A DNA stretch of 64,000 nt, from assembly GCF_021246445.1 (NCBI RefSeq), contig NZ_JAJQXW010000001.1, forward strand, positions 1,630,168 to 1,694,167, read 5' to 3'. The stretch comes from Rhabdothermincola salaria. Its GTDB lineage: Bacteria; Actinomycetota; Acidimicrobiia; Acidimicrobiales; Acidimicrobilacustridaceae. The notes under the pieces are model-generated. The model made no database searches, was not told the origin of the DNA, and saw only the letters and a program-made list of their open reading frames with translations. The position numbers and the translations under genes are program-made. Below are positions 1-9,789 of this stretch, piece by piece. Numbering within the stretch: the first letter of the stretch is position 1; every line of letters starts with the position of its first letter.

Positions 1-1
1 C

Positions 2-751
2 CATCCCACTGCGATGGCCCTGGTGTGGTCCGCCTACTACCGAGGTGATCTCGACACCGTGGTCGAGCTGGCTCCCCAGCTGGTCGAACTCAGCCGGTCG
101 GCTCGGGGCTTCGACCGGGGCTACGCCGATGGCTTCGTCGCCATCGTGGCCGCCGTGCGCCAGGACACCGACGTCACCTCGGCCACCGTCGAGCCCGACG
201 ACGCCGCCACCGGCGTGCTGGGCACGCTCGACGTCCTGACGGCCGGCCTTCGCGTGTGCGCCTCCGACCCCGTCCGGGCCATCGCGCTGCTCGAGGCCGT
301 CGCCGAGACGTCGCTGGCACGCGAGTACCGGCTGCTCCTGGGGGCGGCGGCGAGCACCCTGACCCAGGTGGCGCTGCCGTCACGGCCGCCCCGGGAGGCC
401 ATGGACATCCTGCGACGCACCCTCGGTCGCTACCAGGAGCGAGGCATGTGGAACCTCGTCGTCGCCGACGTGGTCATGGCCGCCCGCCTCCTCGCCGACG
501 CCGGTGAGGTGGATCTGGCGGCTCGCCTCCTCGGGGCGCGGGAGACATCCGGCTACTCCGTGGGGCTCTCCGAGGTGCTCGCGGCGCTGCTGCGCGACGA
601 GCTGTCGGCGAGGCTGGGCGAGCGGGCCGATGAGCTCGTCGCGGAAGGACGCCGCTGGCGCCCGCCGGACGCCGCCGAGGCCGCCATCGGGGGTCTGGCG
701 CGGGTGCTGGCCCGGGAGGAGCCACCGGAGCCAGACCCCGATGGGGCCTGA
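2..751 (+). CDS. C-terminal part of an ATPase/TPR-type regulator (AfsR/BTAD or cyclase-ATPase-like), 5' truncated by the window edge
   Basis: Frame is open from the window edge. Helical TPR-like repeats and the tail 'LAARLLGA...LSARLGERADELVAEGRRW' resemble actinobacterial STAND regulators. Confidence 0.55.
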   Translation, partial: HPTAMALVWSAYYRGDLDTVVELAPQLVELSRSARGFDRGYADGFVAIVAAVRQDTDVTSATVEPDDAATGVLGTLDVLTAGLRVCASDPVRAIALLEAVAETSLAREYRLLLGAAASTLTQVALPSRPPREAMDILRRTLGRYQERGMWNLVVADVVMAARLLADAGEVDLAARLLGARETSGYSVGLSEVLAALLRDELSARLGERADELVAEGRRWRPPDAAEAAIGGLARVLAREEPPEPDPDGA

Positions 752-772
752 CCCGGCGGCCCGGCCCGGCCC

Positions 773-1564
773 TCAGCGGCGCCGGGCGCGGAACGTGTGG
801 CTGTAGACGTCGAAGGAACGGGCCCGCTCCTCACCCGGGGCTCCTCCGAAGGTGTCGACGGCCATCCCCACCGACAAGCCGGTGAAGCCGGCCTCTTCGA
901 TCGCCGCGCACCACTCGTCGACCGACCGGCCGCCGGCGATGCAGTCGGTCCACAGCCCGATGTCGCTGCGGGCTTCGTCGGGGACGTCGCGACCCACGGC
1001 GATGTCGGCGAACTGGAGCACCCCGCCGGGCCGCAGCACCCGCCGCGCCTCGCCGAAGACCCGGGCCTTGTCGGCGACGAGGTTCAACACGCCGTTGCTG
1101 ATCACCACGTCGGCCCAACCGTCGGGAACCGGCAGGTCCTCGAGGATCCCGGCCCGGTAGTCGATGGTGTCGAGCCCCAGGGTGCTGGCCACCCGGCGGG
1201 CCCGCTCGAGCATCGCCTCGGTCATGTCGACGCCGATGACGTGGCCCTGGCGACCCACGACGTGGGCGGCGACCACGCAGTCGAAGCCGCCACCGGAGCC
1301 CAGGTCGACGACGTTCGCGCCCTCGGGCAGCGGAGCGGCCGAGAACGGGTTGCCGACACCGGCGAAGCTGGCCACGGCATCGTCGGGCAGCTCGGCCAAG
1401 AGGTCGGTCGGGTACCCGAGCCGTTCGGCCAGCGGCCGTCCGGTGTGGAAGTGGTACCCGGCCCCCGGGTCGGTGGCCACATCGGTGTACTTGGTGCGCA
1501 CCTCGGCGCGCAGGGCCTCCGGGTCCACGGTGAGGGTGTTGGTGGTGGTGGTCGTGTCCTGCAT
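773..1564 (-). CDS. Class I SAM-dependent methyltransferase, arsenite methyltransferase-like
   Basis: Motifs VVDLGSGGGFD, GVDMTEAML, DVVISNGVLNL, RVLRPGG; C-terminal LWTDCIAG. Confidence 0.8.
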   Translation of the reverse strand: MQDTTTTTNTLTVDPEALRAEVRTKYTDVATDPGAGYHFHTGRPLAERLGYPTDLLAELPDDAVASFAGVGNPFSAAPLPEGANVVDLGSGGGFDCVVAAHVVGRQGHVIGVDMTEAMLERARRVASTLGLDTIDYRAGILEDLPVPDGWADVVISNGVLNLVADKARVFGEARRVLRPGGVLQFADIAVGRDVPDEARSDIGLWTDCIAGGRSVDEWCAAIEEAGFTGLSVGMAVDTFGGAPGEERARSFDVYSHTFRARRR

Positions 1565-1740
1565 GACTGCCTCCCTGGTCGAGCTGCGGTGCGTCCTCGC
1601 ACCGCTGGGTCCACCATCGCCCCGGGCGGGCGCCGAAGTCCTTGCGGAACCCTGGCGGTGCCGTGGCGAGGGCAGCGATCGGCCCGGTGAGGCGCGGGTC
1701 GTCAGGGCTCGGGGGCCTGGCCCACGGTTTCTCGTCGCCG

Positions 1741-2724
1741 TCAGCGGGGACGGCGGTCCCAGTCGAGCGCTCCCCCGGGGCCCAGCTCGGCCGGCACCGG
1801 GCGACCCAGCGTGTGGGCCTGCCAGGTGACCTCGTCGTTCATGGACCGGGGGTACACCACCTCGTCGGTGGCCATCAGGTCGTCGACCAACGCGCCCCAG
1901 CCGGCCGGGTCGGCCTCGTCGTCGAGCCGGACCCCTCGGTTCTCGCCCAGCACGACCCGAGCGGCACGACCCCCACCGACCGAGAACGACTCCCCCGAGA
2001 CCTCACACGAGGGGTGGCAGAGCCAGGCCACGAACGAGGCGACCGCCTCGGGTGGGAAGTGCTCGGCGAACATCTGCTTCATCGGGCCGTCGGGCAGGGA
2101 ACGGGTGAGACGGGTGTAGGCGGAGGGCATGATCGCGTTGACGCTGATCCTCGACCGGCGACCCTGTCCCGCCAACGAACGGGTGAGGCCGTACAGCGCC
2201 GACTTGGCCGTCGAGTACGGCGGGGTGGTGGAGGCGCCGAACATGGCGCACGAGGAGGTCATGACCACCCGACCTCCCCCGCGGGCCTCGAGGCTGGGCC
2301 AGGCGGCGCCGGTGACGGCGATGGAGCCCTGCAGGGTGGCGTCGATGGTGGGCCGCCACTCGTCGGCCGCATCGGGCCCGATCGGGGTGCCGGCCCCGAT
2401 GCCGGCGTTGTTGATCACGATGTCGACCCCGCCGAAGGCGTCGAGGGCGGTGGCCACCACGTCGGCGCCGGCGGTGATCACGTCGTGGGTGTCGGCGACG
2501 GCCACTCCGCCGACCGCCTCCACCTCGGCCACCACCGACTCGGCGGTGGGGACGTCATCGCCGTGGCGGAGCCCGACCTCGTTGACCACCACCCGGCAGC
2601 CCCGTCGGGCCAGGAGCAGGGCGTAGGCGCGACCCAGACCACCGCCGGCGCCCGTGATCACCGCCACCTGGCCGTCGAACCCCAGCGGCTCGGGCGCGTC
2701 GGTCGCCCCGGTTGCATCACCCAC
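1741..2724 (-). CDS. Short-chain dehydrogenase/reductase (MFE-2/HSD17B4-like)
   Basis: TGAGGGLG, INNAG and YSTAK motifs. Confidence 0.9.
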   Translation of the reverse strand: MGDATGATDAPEPLGFDGQVAVITGAGGGLGRAYALLLARRGCRVVVNEVGLRHGDDVPTAESVVAEVEAVGGVAVADTHDVITAGADVVATALDAFGGVDIVINNAGIGAGTPIGPDAADEWRPTIDATLQGSIAVTGAAWPSLEARGGGRVVMTSSCAMFGASTTPPYSTAKSALYGLTRSLAGQGRRSRISVNAIMPSAYTRLTRSLPDGPMKQMFAEHFPPEAVASFVAWLCHPSCEVSGESFSVGGGRAARVVLGENRGVRLDDEADPAGWGALVDDLMATDEVVYPRSMNDEVTWQAHTLGRPVPAELGPGGALDWDRRPR

Positions 2725-2802
2725 GTCGGTCCCCTCCTCCGACCCCGGACGCGGAACTGCCCGGGGAACGACGACGAGCGTACGTGCCCCGGGCAGGCTC
2801 AG

Positions 2803-2824
2803 CGGGCGCCCACGAGGGTGCCCG
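2803..2824 (-). terminator. GC-rich hairpin after metY
   Basis: CGGGCGCCC-ACGA-GGGTGCCCG inverted repeat about 20 nt past the stop codon; no U-tract. Confidence 0.4.
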
Positions 2825-2842
2825 GACTCGGATCGGCGGTGC

Positions 2843-4156
2843 TCAGGAGCGAGCGGCGGCGAACCCGGCGTCGAGGTCGGCGATGATGTCGGCGACGTCC
2901 TCGAGGCCCACCGAGAGCCGCACCAGCCCGGGCTCCACGCCGGCGGAGACCTGCTCCACCTCGGTGAGCTGCGAGTGGGTGGTGCTGGCCGGGTGGATGG
3001 CGAGGCTGCGCACGTCGCCGATGTTGGCCACGTGGCTGTGCAGCTCCAGCGCCTCGACGAACTTCTGGCCGGCCTCCTTGCCGCCCTTGATCACGAAGGC
3101 CGGCACCGAGCCGGCGCCCTTGCCCTGGCCGTAGCGCTGCATGCGCTCGTGCCAGCGCGAGCCGGGCAGACCGGAGAACTGCACCGACTCCACCTGGTCG
3201 TGGTTCGCGAGGTACTCGGCTACGGCCTGGGCGTTGGTGTTGTGGCGCTCCATGCGCAGGCTCAGCGTCTCGACACCCTGGAGGAACAGGAAGGAGTTGA
3301 AGGGCGTGATCGCCGCGCCCATGTCGCGCAGGAGCTGCACGCGGGCCTTGATGATGAAGGCGCCGGGGCCGAGCGCCGGCCAGTACGTGAGGCCGTGGTA
3401 GCTCGGGTCGGGCTCGGTGAACATGGGGAACTTGTCGTTGGCCGAGAAGTCGAAGCTGCCGCCGTCGACGATGACGCCGCCGATGGAGGTGCCGTGGCCG
3501 CCGATGAACTTGGTGGCGGAGTGCACCACGATGTCGGCGCCCCACTCGAGGGGTCGGATGAGCCACGGCGAGGCGACGGTGTTGTCGATGATGAGGGGCA
3601 CACCGTTGTCGTGGGCCACCTTCGAGATGCCCTCGATGTCGAGCACGTCGTTGCGAGGGTTGCCGATGCTCTCGCCGTAGAAGGCCTTGGTGTTGGGCTG
3701 CACGGCCGACGCCCACGCCTCGAGGTCGTCGGGGTCGTCGATGAAGGTCACGTCGATGCCGAACTTGGGCAGCGTGTAGTGCAGGAGGTTGTAGGTGCCG
3801 CCGTACAGGGCCGCCGAGGCCACGACGTGGCTGCCGGCCTCGGCCAGGTTCATGATGGCGTAGGTCTCGGCCGCCTGGCCCGAGGCCACGGCCAGCGCTC
3901 CGGGGATGCCGATGGCGGTGCTGGTGGCACCCTCCAGGCTGGCGATGCGCGCCTCGAACACGGCCTGGGTGGGGTTCATGATGCGGGTGTAGATGTTGCC
4001 GACCTCGGCCAGGGCGAAGAGGTTGGCGGCATGGGCGGTGTCGCGGAACTGGTACGAGGTGGTCTGGTAGATCGGCACGGCCCGAGCCCCCGTGGTGGGG
4101 TCGGCCTCCTGCCCGGCATGGATCTGGCGGGTGTCGAAGCCCCACTGCTCGCTCAT
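2843..4156 (-). CDS. metY: O-acetylhomoserine aminocarboxypropyltransferase (sulfhydrylase)
   Basis: PIYQTTSY, YTRIMNPT, PLP lysine in HSATKFIGGHG, ANIGD, HPASTTHSQL. Confidence 0.95.
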   Translation of the reverse strand: MSEQWGFDTRQIHAGQEADPTTGARAVPIYQTTSYQFRDTAHAANLFALAEVGNIYTRIMNPTQAVFEARIASLEGATSTAIGIPGALAVASGQAAETYAIMNLAEAGSHVVASAALYGGTYNLLHYTLPKFGIDVTFIDDPDDLEAWASAVQPNTKAFYGESIGNPRNDVLDIEGISKVAHDNGVPLIIDNTVASPWLIRPLEWGADIVVHSATKFIGGHGTSIGGVIVDGGSFDFSANDKFPMFTEPDPSYHGLTYWPALGPGAFIIKARVQLLRDMGAAITPFNSFLFLQGVETLSLRMERHNTNAQAVAEYLANHDQVESVQFSGLPGSRWHERMQRYGQGKGAGSVPAFVIKGGKEAGQKFVEALELHSHVANIGDVRSLAIHPASTTHSQLTEVEQVSAGVEPGLVRLSVGLEDVADIIADLDAGFAAARS

Positions 4157-4215
4157 CGGTTCTCCTGAGGTGCGGTCACGGTCACCACGACGGTCGTGTG
4201 ACGACGGTTGCGGGC

Positions 4216-4254
4216 AGCCTACGGCCCCGAATCCTGACCAACCAAGTCGGATTT
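4216..4254 (-). promoter_or_regulatory. metY promoter overlapped by a palindromic Rrf2/IscR-like operator
   Basis: Minus strand reads AAATCCGACTTGGTTGGTCAGGATT (4254-4230); TTGGTT-N18-TAGGCT promoter elements. Confidence 0.55.
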
Positions 4255-4290
4255 AGACGCCGGTCACGCGCCTGCGACAGGTCAGCGCCA

Positions 4291-4355
4291 GACCGCCGAA
4301 GCTGTCAGGGAACAGCGCCGAGGGGTAGCGCCCTTTCCCGACAGGTTCGACGGTC
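4291..4355. repeat. Palindromic intergenic repeat, copy 1
   Basis: CGAAGCTGTCAGGGAACAGCGC...GCGCCCTTTCCCGACAGGTTCG; similar to copies at 28359 and 55783. Confidence 0.75.
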
Positions 4356-4391
4356 GGGGCGCGCGGGGCGAGGCGGGAGGGACCGGGTGCG

Positions 4392-5429
4392 TCAGCTGCG
4401 CCGGGGCGGGCGGCGACGCTGGCGAGCGTCGCCGACCATCGGGGGGGTCCACCCGGCGTCGGCCCAGGTGAAGTTGGTGCCCGGCGGCACGATCTCGTCG
4501 ATGCGGTCGAGCACGTCGTCGGAGAGGCGGACGTCGGCCGCCCCCAGCTGGCTGGTCAGCTGCTCCATGGTGCGGGGCCCGATGATCGCCGAGGTGACCG
4601 CCGGGTTGTTGGCCACCCAGGCCACCGCCATGTGCACCAGGCTGAGCCCGGCCTCGTCGGCGAGCCGGCCCAGGGCGTCGGCCGCCTCGAGCTTCTGGCT
4701 GTTCCCGGGGATCGACAGGTCGTAGCGGGCCGGTGTGCGGATGGCTCGGTGGCTGGAGGGGTCGTCGCCGGCGAGGCGACGCTTGCCCGACAGCCAGCCC
4801 CCGGCGAGGGGGCTCCAGGGGATGACCCCCATGCCGTGGCGCTGGCAGGTCGGCAACACGTCGGCCTCGATGCCGCGTACCAGCATCGAGTACGGCGGCT
4901 GCTCGCACACGAAGCGCTCGCGGTGGCGCCGCTCGGCCACCCACTGGGCCTCGACGATCTCCGACGCCGGGAAGGTGGAGCTGCCGATGTAGCGGACCTT
5001 GCCCTGGTGGACCAGATCGGACAGGGCGGCGAGGGTCTCGTCGACGTCCATGTTCGGGTCCGGTCGGTGCACCTGGTAGAGGTCGATGTGGTCCGTGCCC
5101 AGCCGGCGCAGGCTGTTCTCGACCTCCCGTATGATCCAGTGGCGCGACGCCCCGCCCTGGTTCGGTCCCTCGCCCATCGGGGCGTAGAACTTGGTGGCCA
5201 GCACCACCTCGTCGCGGCGCCCGGCGATGGCCTTGCCCACGATCTCCTCGGACTCGCCGGCGGAGTAGACATCCGCGGTGTCGATGAAGTTGATGCCGGC
5301 CTCGAGGGCGGCGTGGATGACGGCCACCGAGTCGTCGTGGTCGGGGTTGCCCCACTCGCCGAACATCATCGCCCCGAGGCACAACGGGCTCACCTGCAGC
5401 CCCGTTCGTCCCAGTCTGCGGTAGTGCAC
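4392..5429 (-). CDS. Aldo/keto reductase
   Basis: LCLGAMMFG, GINFIDTADVY, LATK, IDLYQVH, WSPLAGGWL. Confidence 0.95.
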   Translation of the reverse strand: MHYRRLGRTGLQVSPLCLGAMMFGEWGNPDHDDSVAVIHAALEAGINFIDTADVYSAGESEEIVGKAIAGRRDEVVLATKFYAPMGEGPNQGGASRHWIIREVENSLRRLGTDHIDLYQVHRPDPNMDVDETLAALSDLVHQGKVRYIGSSTFPASEIVEAQWVAERRHRERFVCEQPPYSMLVRGIEADVLPTCQRHGMGVIPWSPLAGGWLSGKRRLAGDDPSSHRAIRTPARYDLSIPGNSQKLEAADALGRLADEAGLSLVHMAVAWVANNPAVTSAIIGPRTMEQLTSQLGAADVRLSDDVLDRIDEIVPPGTNFTWADAGWTPPMVGDARQRRRPPRRS

Positions 5430-5520
5430 GTCGTCCCCCTCGGTCGCGGCTCGCCGCCACCGTACCGGCGGCCGACGGCTCCAGCTCGACCGGCGCGGTC
5501 GGTGACTAGGGTCGACGGCG

Positions 5521-6702
5521 ATGCTCTCCTACGACCCCCACGACCCGCGGTGGCTCGTCGACGGTGTTCCCTTCGACCACCTGGCCCGCATCCGAGCCGA
5601 GCAACCGGTGTGCCCGACACCCACGGGAGCCCGCTACCTGTCGCGCTACGCCGACGTCGAGGCCGCCCTCAAGGACGTCGACACCTTCCGCGCCGATCTC
5701 GGTGTGCTCTCCGGCCTCGGCGGCGTCGAGGAGGTCCCCGACGAGCAGCTCTACCTCTCCGAGATCGACGAACCCCGCCACGGCCAGATCCGTCGGCTGT
5801 TCAACGCCACCTTCGGACCCCATCGCATCGCGGCGGAGGCCGACTTCGTGGAGCAGACCTGCCACCGCCTCGTCGACGACCTCGTGGCCCACCCACCGGG
5901 GGACCTCCACGCCGGCTACGCGCTGCCGATCCCCGGGCTGGTGATGGCCCACATCATGGGCCTCGAACCCGAGGCCGCCACCCACTTCATGGCCTGGTCG
6001 GGCGACGGCCGCATCATGCAGCGACCCTGCACCCCGGGCGTCGGTGACGCCCACGAGCCCCACCGCTGGTTCGCCGAGGTGCTGGCCGCCCGGCGGGCCG
6101 ACCCCGACCCACCCGACGACGTGTTCGCCCGGCTGGCCGGCGCCGAGGTCGAGGGCGAGCCGCTCACCGACACCGAGATCCTCACCCAGCTCCAGTTCAT
6201 GGTGCAGGCCGGTGTGCACACCACCCGCGGCCTGCTCACCCACCTCGCCGGCCGCCTGGTCGCCGAACCCGAGCTGTTCGCCCAGCTGCGCCACGACCGG
6301 GCCCTGGTCCCCACCTTCGTGGAGGAGTCGCTGCGCCACGACGCGCCCGTGCAACGCACCAGCCGGCGCTGCACCCACGCCGTGGAGTTCGCCGGCGAGC
6401 ACTTCGACACCCTCGACTGGGTGGAGATGGGCATCGCCTCGGCCAACCGCGACGAAGCCGTCTACGACGACCCCGACGCCTTCCGCCTCGACCGACCCGA
6501 GCCTCGTCGGCACCTGGCGTTCGGAGCCGGCCCCCACGTGTGCCCCGGCGCCGCCCTGGCCCGGTTGGAGGGCACCGTCTCGGTGCAAGTGCTGCTCGAT
6601 CGCTGCCGCTCGCTCGACGCCGTCGCCGGCGCCACCTATCCGCCCGTCCCCGGGAACCTGGGCCACGCGCCCATCCCCGCCGTGCTCGTGGAGGACACAT
6701 GA
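5521..6702 (+). CDS. Cytochrome P450
   Basis: ExxR (EESLR), heme motif FGAGPHVCPG, I-helix AGVHTT. Confidence 0.95.
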   Translation: MLSYDPHDPRWLVDGVPFDHLARIRAEQPVCPTPTGARYLSRYADVEAALKDVDTFRADLGVLSGLGGVEEVPDEQLYLSEIDEPRHGQIRRLFNATFGPHRIAAEADFVEQTCHRLVDDLVAHPPGDLHAGYALPIPGLVMAHIMGLEPEAATHFMAWSGDGRIMQRPCTPGVGDAHEPHRWFAEVLAARRADPDPPDDVFARLAGAEVEGEPLTDTEILTQLQFMVQAGVHTTRGLLTHLAGRLVAEPELFAQLRHDRALVPTFVEESLRHDAPVQRTSRRCTHAVEFAGEHFDTLDWVEMGIASANRDEAVYDDPDAFRLDRPEPRRHLAFGAGPHVCPGAALARLEGTVSVQVLLDRCRSLDAVAGATYPPVPGNLGHAPIPAVLVEDT

Positions 6703-7616
6703 CCCCCGCCATCTCCTTGTGGGCCGGCCACGACACCGTCACCGTCGACGCCCTCACCGAACGGGTGCAGGCCGCCGCCGACCTGGGCATCCCCGGCGTC
6801 TGGGTGCCCCAGACCGCCGCGCTCGACACGCTCACCGCACTGGCCGTGGTGGCCGATCGCGTGCCCGACATCGCCGTCGGCTCGGCGGTGGTGCCCATCC
6901 AGGGCCGCCACCCGATCGCCCTCGCCCTACAGGCCCTCACCCTGGCCGACGTCGCCGGCGCCGACCGGGTCACTCTCGGCATCGGCGTCACCCACAAGCC
7001 GGTGTCCGAGGGGTGGTTCGGCATCCCGTACGCCGACGTGGTGGGCCTGGCCGCCGAGACCCTCGAGGTGCTCGAGGCGCTCCTCGCCCCGGAGCGCACC
7101 GCCGCGGTCGAGGGCGAGCACCTCACCGCCCGCATCACCCTGGGCATGCCCGTGGCGCCGCCGGGCATGGTGGTCGCCGCCCTCGGCCCGAAGATGCTCG
7201 ATCTCGCCGGCCGCCACAGCGACGGCACCGTGACCTGGATGACCGGGCCCGTCGCCCTCGAGCGCGACGTGGTGCCCCGCCTGGCCTCGGCGGCCGAGAC
7301 CGCGGGGCGCCGCGCCCCCCGGGTGATCGTGGGGCTGCCGGTCTGCGTGACCGACGACGTCGCCGGCGCCCGCGAGCGGTTGGCCCCGATGATGGCGGGA
7401 CCGGTGCACATGGACTCCTACCGAAGGATGGTGGAGGCCGAGGGCATCGCCGACCCCGTCGACCTGGTGGTCCTGGGCGACGAGGACACGGTGGCCGCCC
7501 GCATCGAAGGCCTCGCCGACGCCGGGGCCACCGAGCTGCTGGCCAATGTGGTCGGCGAGCCCGGCGAACGCCTCCGCACCCTCGACCTGCTCGCCCGGCT
7601 GACCCGCTCGTCCTGA
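6699..7616 (+). CDS. LLM-class (probably F420-dependent) oxidoreductase
   Basis: ATGA overlap with the P450. VWVPQ, VVPIQGRHPIALA, LGIGVTH, AALGPKML, SDGTVTWMTG. Confidence 0.85.
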   Translation: MTPAISLWAGHDTVTVDALTERVQAAADLGIPGVWVPQTAALDTLTALAVVADRVPDIAVGSAVVPIQGRHPIALALQALTLADVAGADRVTLGIGVTHKPVSEGWFGIPYADVVGLAAETLEVLEALLAPERTAAVEGEHLTARITLGMPVAPPGMVVAALGPKMLDLAGRHSDGTVTWMTGPVALERDVVPRLASAAETAGRRAPRVIVGLPVCVTDDVAGARERLAPMMAGPVHMDSYRRMVEAEGIADPVDLVVLGDEDTVAARIEGLADAGATELLANVVGEPGERLRTLDLLARLTRSS

Positions 7617-7698
7617 CCGGCGACACTCACCACCCGACGCGACAGGGCCTGCCGGGGGGCGGGCCCTTCCCGGTGTCAGTGGTGCCTACAGGCGTCGC

Positions 7699-8853
7699 TC
7701 AGCCGGTGAAGCGGGGCGTGACCGCCACCGGGTTGGCGGCCGTGCCGCCGGCACCACCCGAACCGCCGGTGCCGCCGGCGCCGCCGGTGCCGCCGGTGGT
7801 GGTCGGCGTGGCCGAGCCCGAGGGGGTGACCTCGTTGGAGAGGACCGAAGGGGCCGAGACGCCGCCGTCACTGATGGCATTGACCACGAAGGCGTAGGTC
7901 GTGCCGTTGGTGAGGCCGGTGACCACGCAGCTGGTGGCGGGGGCGATGGTGGTGCAGCCGGCACCACCGGGTTCGGCGGTGGCCTCGTAGGAGGTGGCGC
8001 CGGGCACGGCGTCCCAGCTCACGGTGGCCTGTCCGTCGCCGGCCACGGCGGTGACTCCCGTGGGGGCGGTCGGCGGCAGGACCTCTTCCTCGAGCTCCTC
8101 GGGGGTGAGGGCGGTGCCGGACCAGATGCGCAGGTCGTACACCTTGCCCGAGGGGGTGGCTTCCTCGTCGACCACGTTGTCGTCGAAGAAGAAGCCGAGG
8201 AGCGTGCCTCCCTTGCCGTTGCCCATGGCCAGGGACTCACCGGTGGGGTCGTTGGTGGTGAACACCTGGGTGAGGTTCCCGTCGCCGCCCACGGCGTAGA
8301 CGGTGAAGGTGCCGCTCACCCCACCGGTGCTCTGGCGCACGGCCACCAGGTCGAGCACGGTGTTCGCCGGGTAGGCCGACGGGCTGGTCTCGGAGAAGGG
8401 GTAGAACTCGAGGAAGCCGTCGTAGAAGTAGAAGCCGTTGTCCGACGTCTGGTTCTCGTAGTCGATGATCTTGCGGTAGCTGCTGACCTGGGAGAACGAG
8501 AACTTGAGGGCGAGCGTGTACGTGTCGCCGATCGGCGCGCTGGTGTTGACGCGGAACCCTCCGCCGTTGAGCCCGCTGGAGGTCCACTCCCAGAAGCCGC
8601 CGTTGCCGTCGGAGCCGAACCCGCTGGAGGTGTTGCACGGGTTGTCCGGGCACGCGGGGACGGGTTTGAGCGTGCTGCCGCCGGCCTGGTCGGTGACGGT
8701 GCCGTCGAAGGTGTAGTGCACCGTGGGCGCCGGAGCGGCCGCCGAGGCGGGCCGGGCCACCAACCAGGTGGACATCACGAGAGCGACGGCGACCAGCACC
8801 GCCATCAGGGTGCGCGGTCGGGCGATCACGGCCAAGGGCGAGGGGGCACTCAT
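7699..8853 (-). CDS. Secreted protein: LamG/concanavalin-like domain, fibronectin type III domain, Gly/Thr linker, PRFTG tail
   Basis: Signal peptide ending PASA; YTFDG...DLRIWSGTALT; Fn3 motif PTAPTGVTAVAGDGQATVSW...GLTNGTTYAFVV. Start placed after a TAAGCT -10. Confidence 0.8.
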   Translation of the reverse strand: MSAPSPLAVIARPRTLMAVLVAVALVMSTWLVARPASAAAPAPTVHYTFDGTVTDQAGGSTLKPVPACPDNPCNTSSGFGSDGNGGFWEWTSSGLNGGGFRVNTSAPIGDTYTLALKFSFSQVSSYRKIIDYENQTSDNGFYFYDGFLEFYPFSETSPSAYPANTVLDLVAVRQSTGGVSGTFTVYAVGGDGNLTQVFTTNDPTGESLAMGNGKGGTLLGFFFDDNVVDEEATPSGKVYDLRIWSGTALTPEELEEEVLPPTAPTGVTAVAGDGQATVSWDAVPGATSYEATAEPGGAGCTTIAPATSCVVTGLTNGTTYAFVVNAISDGGVSAPSVLSNEVTPSGSATPTTTGGTGGAGGTGGSGGAGGTAANPVAVTPRFTG

Positions 8854-8943
8854 GGCCGGGAAGCTTAGGCGCGTCACCGTGGCGCTGGGCCCGGATGGTG
8901 CTCGGGGCCGGGCCGCGGCCCCGGTCGACCGCGGGCGGACCGC

Positions 8944-9789
8944 TCACCTGTCCGGCAGGTCGCCCTCGAGGAGGGGGACGGTGCCGGTGGCGGGATCGAA
9001 GTAGCGCAGCCAGGTGACGAGCCCCGGTGGGTCGGTGAAGTCGCGGGGATGGTGGCCGGGGAAGCTGGCCACCACGAGGTTGGGGACGGTGACGAAGCCG
9101 ATGCTCACCGCCCAGGGCACGAGGCGCAGCCAGGGCAACGGCGACCAGCGCCACCGCGATCCCCAGAGCTGGGCGAGGACGGCCAGCACGGTGAACCAGG
9201 CCAGCAGCGACAGCGTGGTGAACGCCGCCAGGGCGTAGCGCAGGCGGGACCCGTCGACGGCCTCGTACACGTCGTGGGCCACGCTCTTGTGCTCCACCTC
9301 CTCGGCCAGGTGCCAGCGGAACAGCGCGGCTGTCGACGGCTCCACCCCGTCGAAGAGCACGCGGTCGTGGCGGTCGGCCCACCGGGCGATGCTGAAGGCG
9401 ATCGTCTCCGACGCGGCGGCGAAGGCCAGGCTGAAGCGGGTGCTGCGGGTGCGGTCGAGCCATCCGTAGGACCGCCTCGCCCACCCCTCGACGCGCACGA
9501 GGCCCGGCCGATCGACGGTGAGGCGGTCGTTGAAGCGGCGGTGCTCGCCGTGGTGGCGCGCCTCCTGGGCGCAGAAGGCCACCGCCGTGGACCGCAGCGG
9601 CTCGTCGAGGTCGTGCGCCACCCCCCGGACCGCCCGCACGAAGTACGGCTCGGCGTAGGGCATGAGCAACGAGACGGCGTTGACGGCGAAGGCCAGCTCC
9701 GGGCGTCGGGCGTTCCATGCCGGGTCGACCTCGTCGCCGTGGGCGAGGCGCACCCGTCGCTCGGTCAGCCCACCCGTCGAGGTCACCAC
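8944..9789 (-). CDS. Predicted metal-dependent hydrolase (ferritin-like diiron family)
   Basis: NAVSLLMPYAEPYF, QEARHHGEH, WHLAEEVEHKSVAHDVY; start approximate. Confidence 0.8.
   Translation of the reverse strand: MVTSTGGLTERRVRLAHGDEVDPAWNARRPELAFAVNAVSLLMPYAEPYFVRAVRGVAHDLDEPLRSTAVAFCAQEARHHGEHRRFNDRLTVDRPGLVRVEGWARRSYGWLDRTRSTRFSLAFAAASETIAFSIARWADRHDRVLFDGVEPSTAALFRWHLAEEVEHKSVAHDVYEAVDGSRLRYALAAFTTLSLLAWFTVLAVLAQLWGSRWRWSPLPWLRLVPWAVSIGFVTVPNLVVASFPGHHPRDFTDPPGLVTWLRYFDPATGTVPLLEGDLPDR

Noticed and set aside
4157..4390. Possible SAM riboswitch upstream of metY
   Set aside because: No SAM-I or SAM-IV core motifs recognised; the region is explained by a promoter, an operator and a repeat copy.
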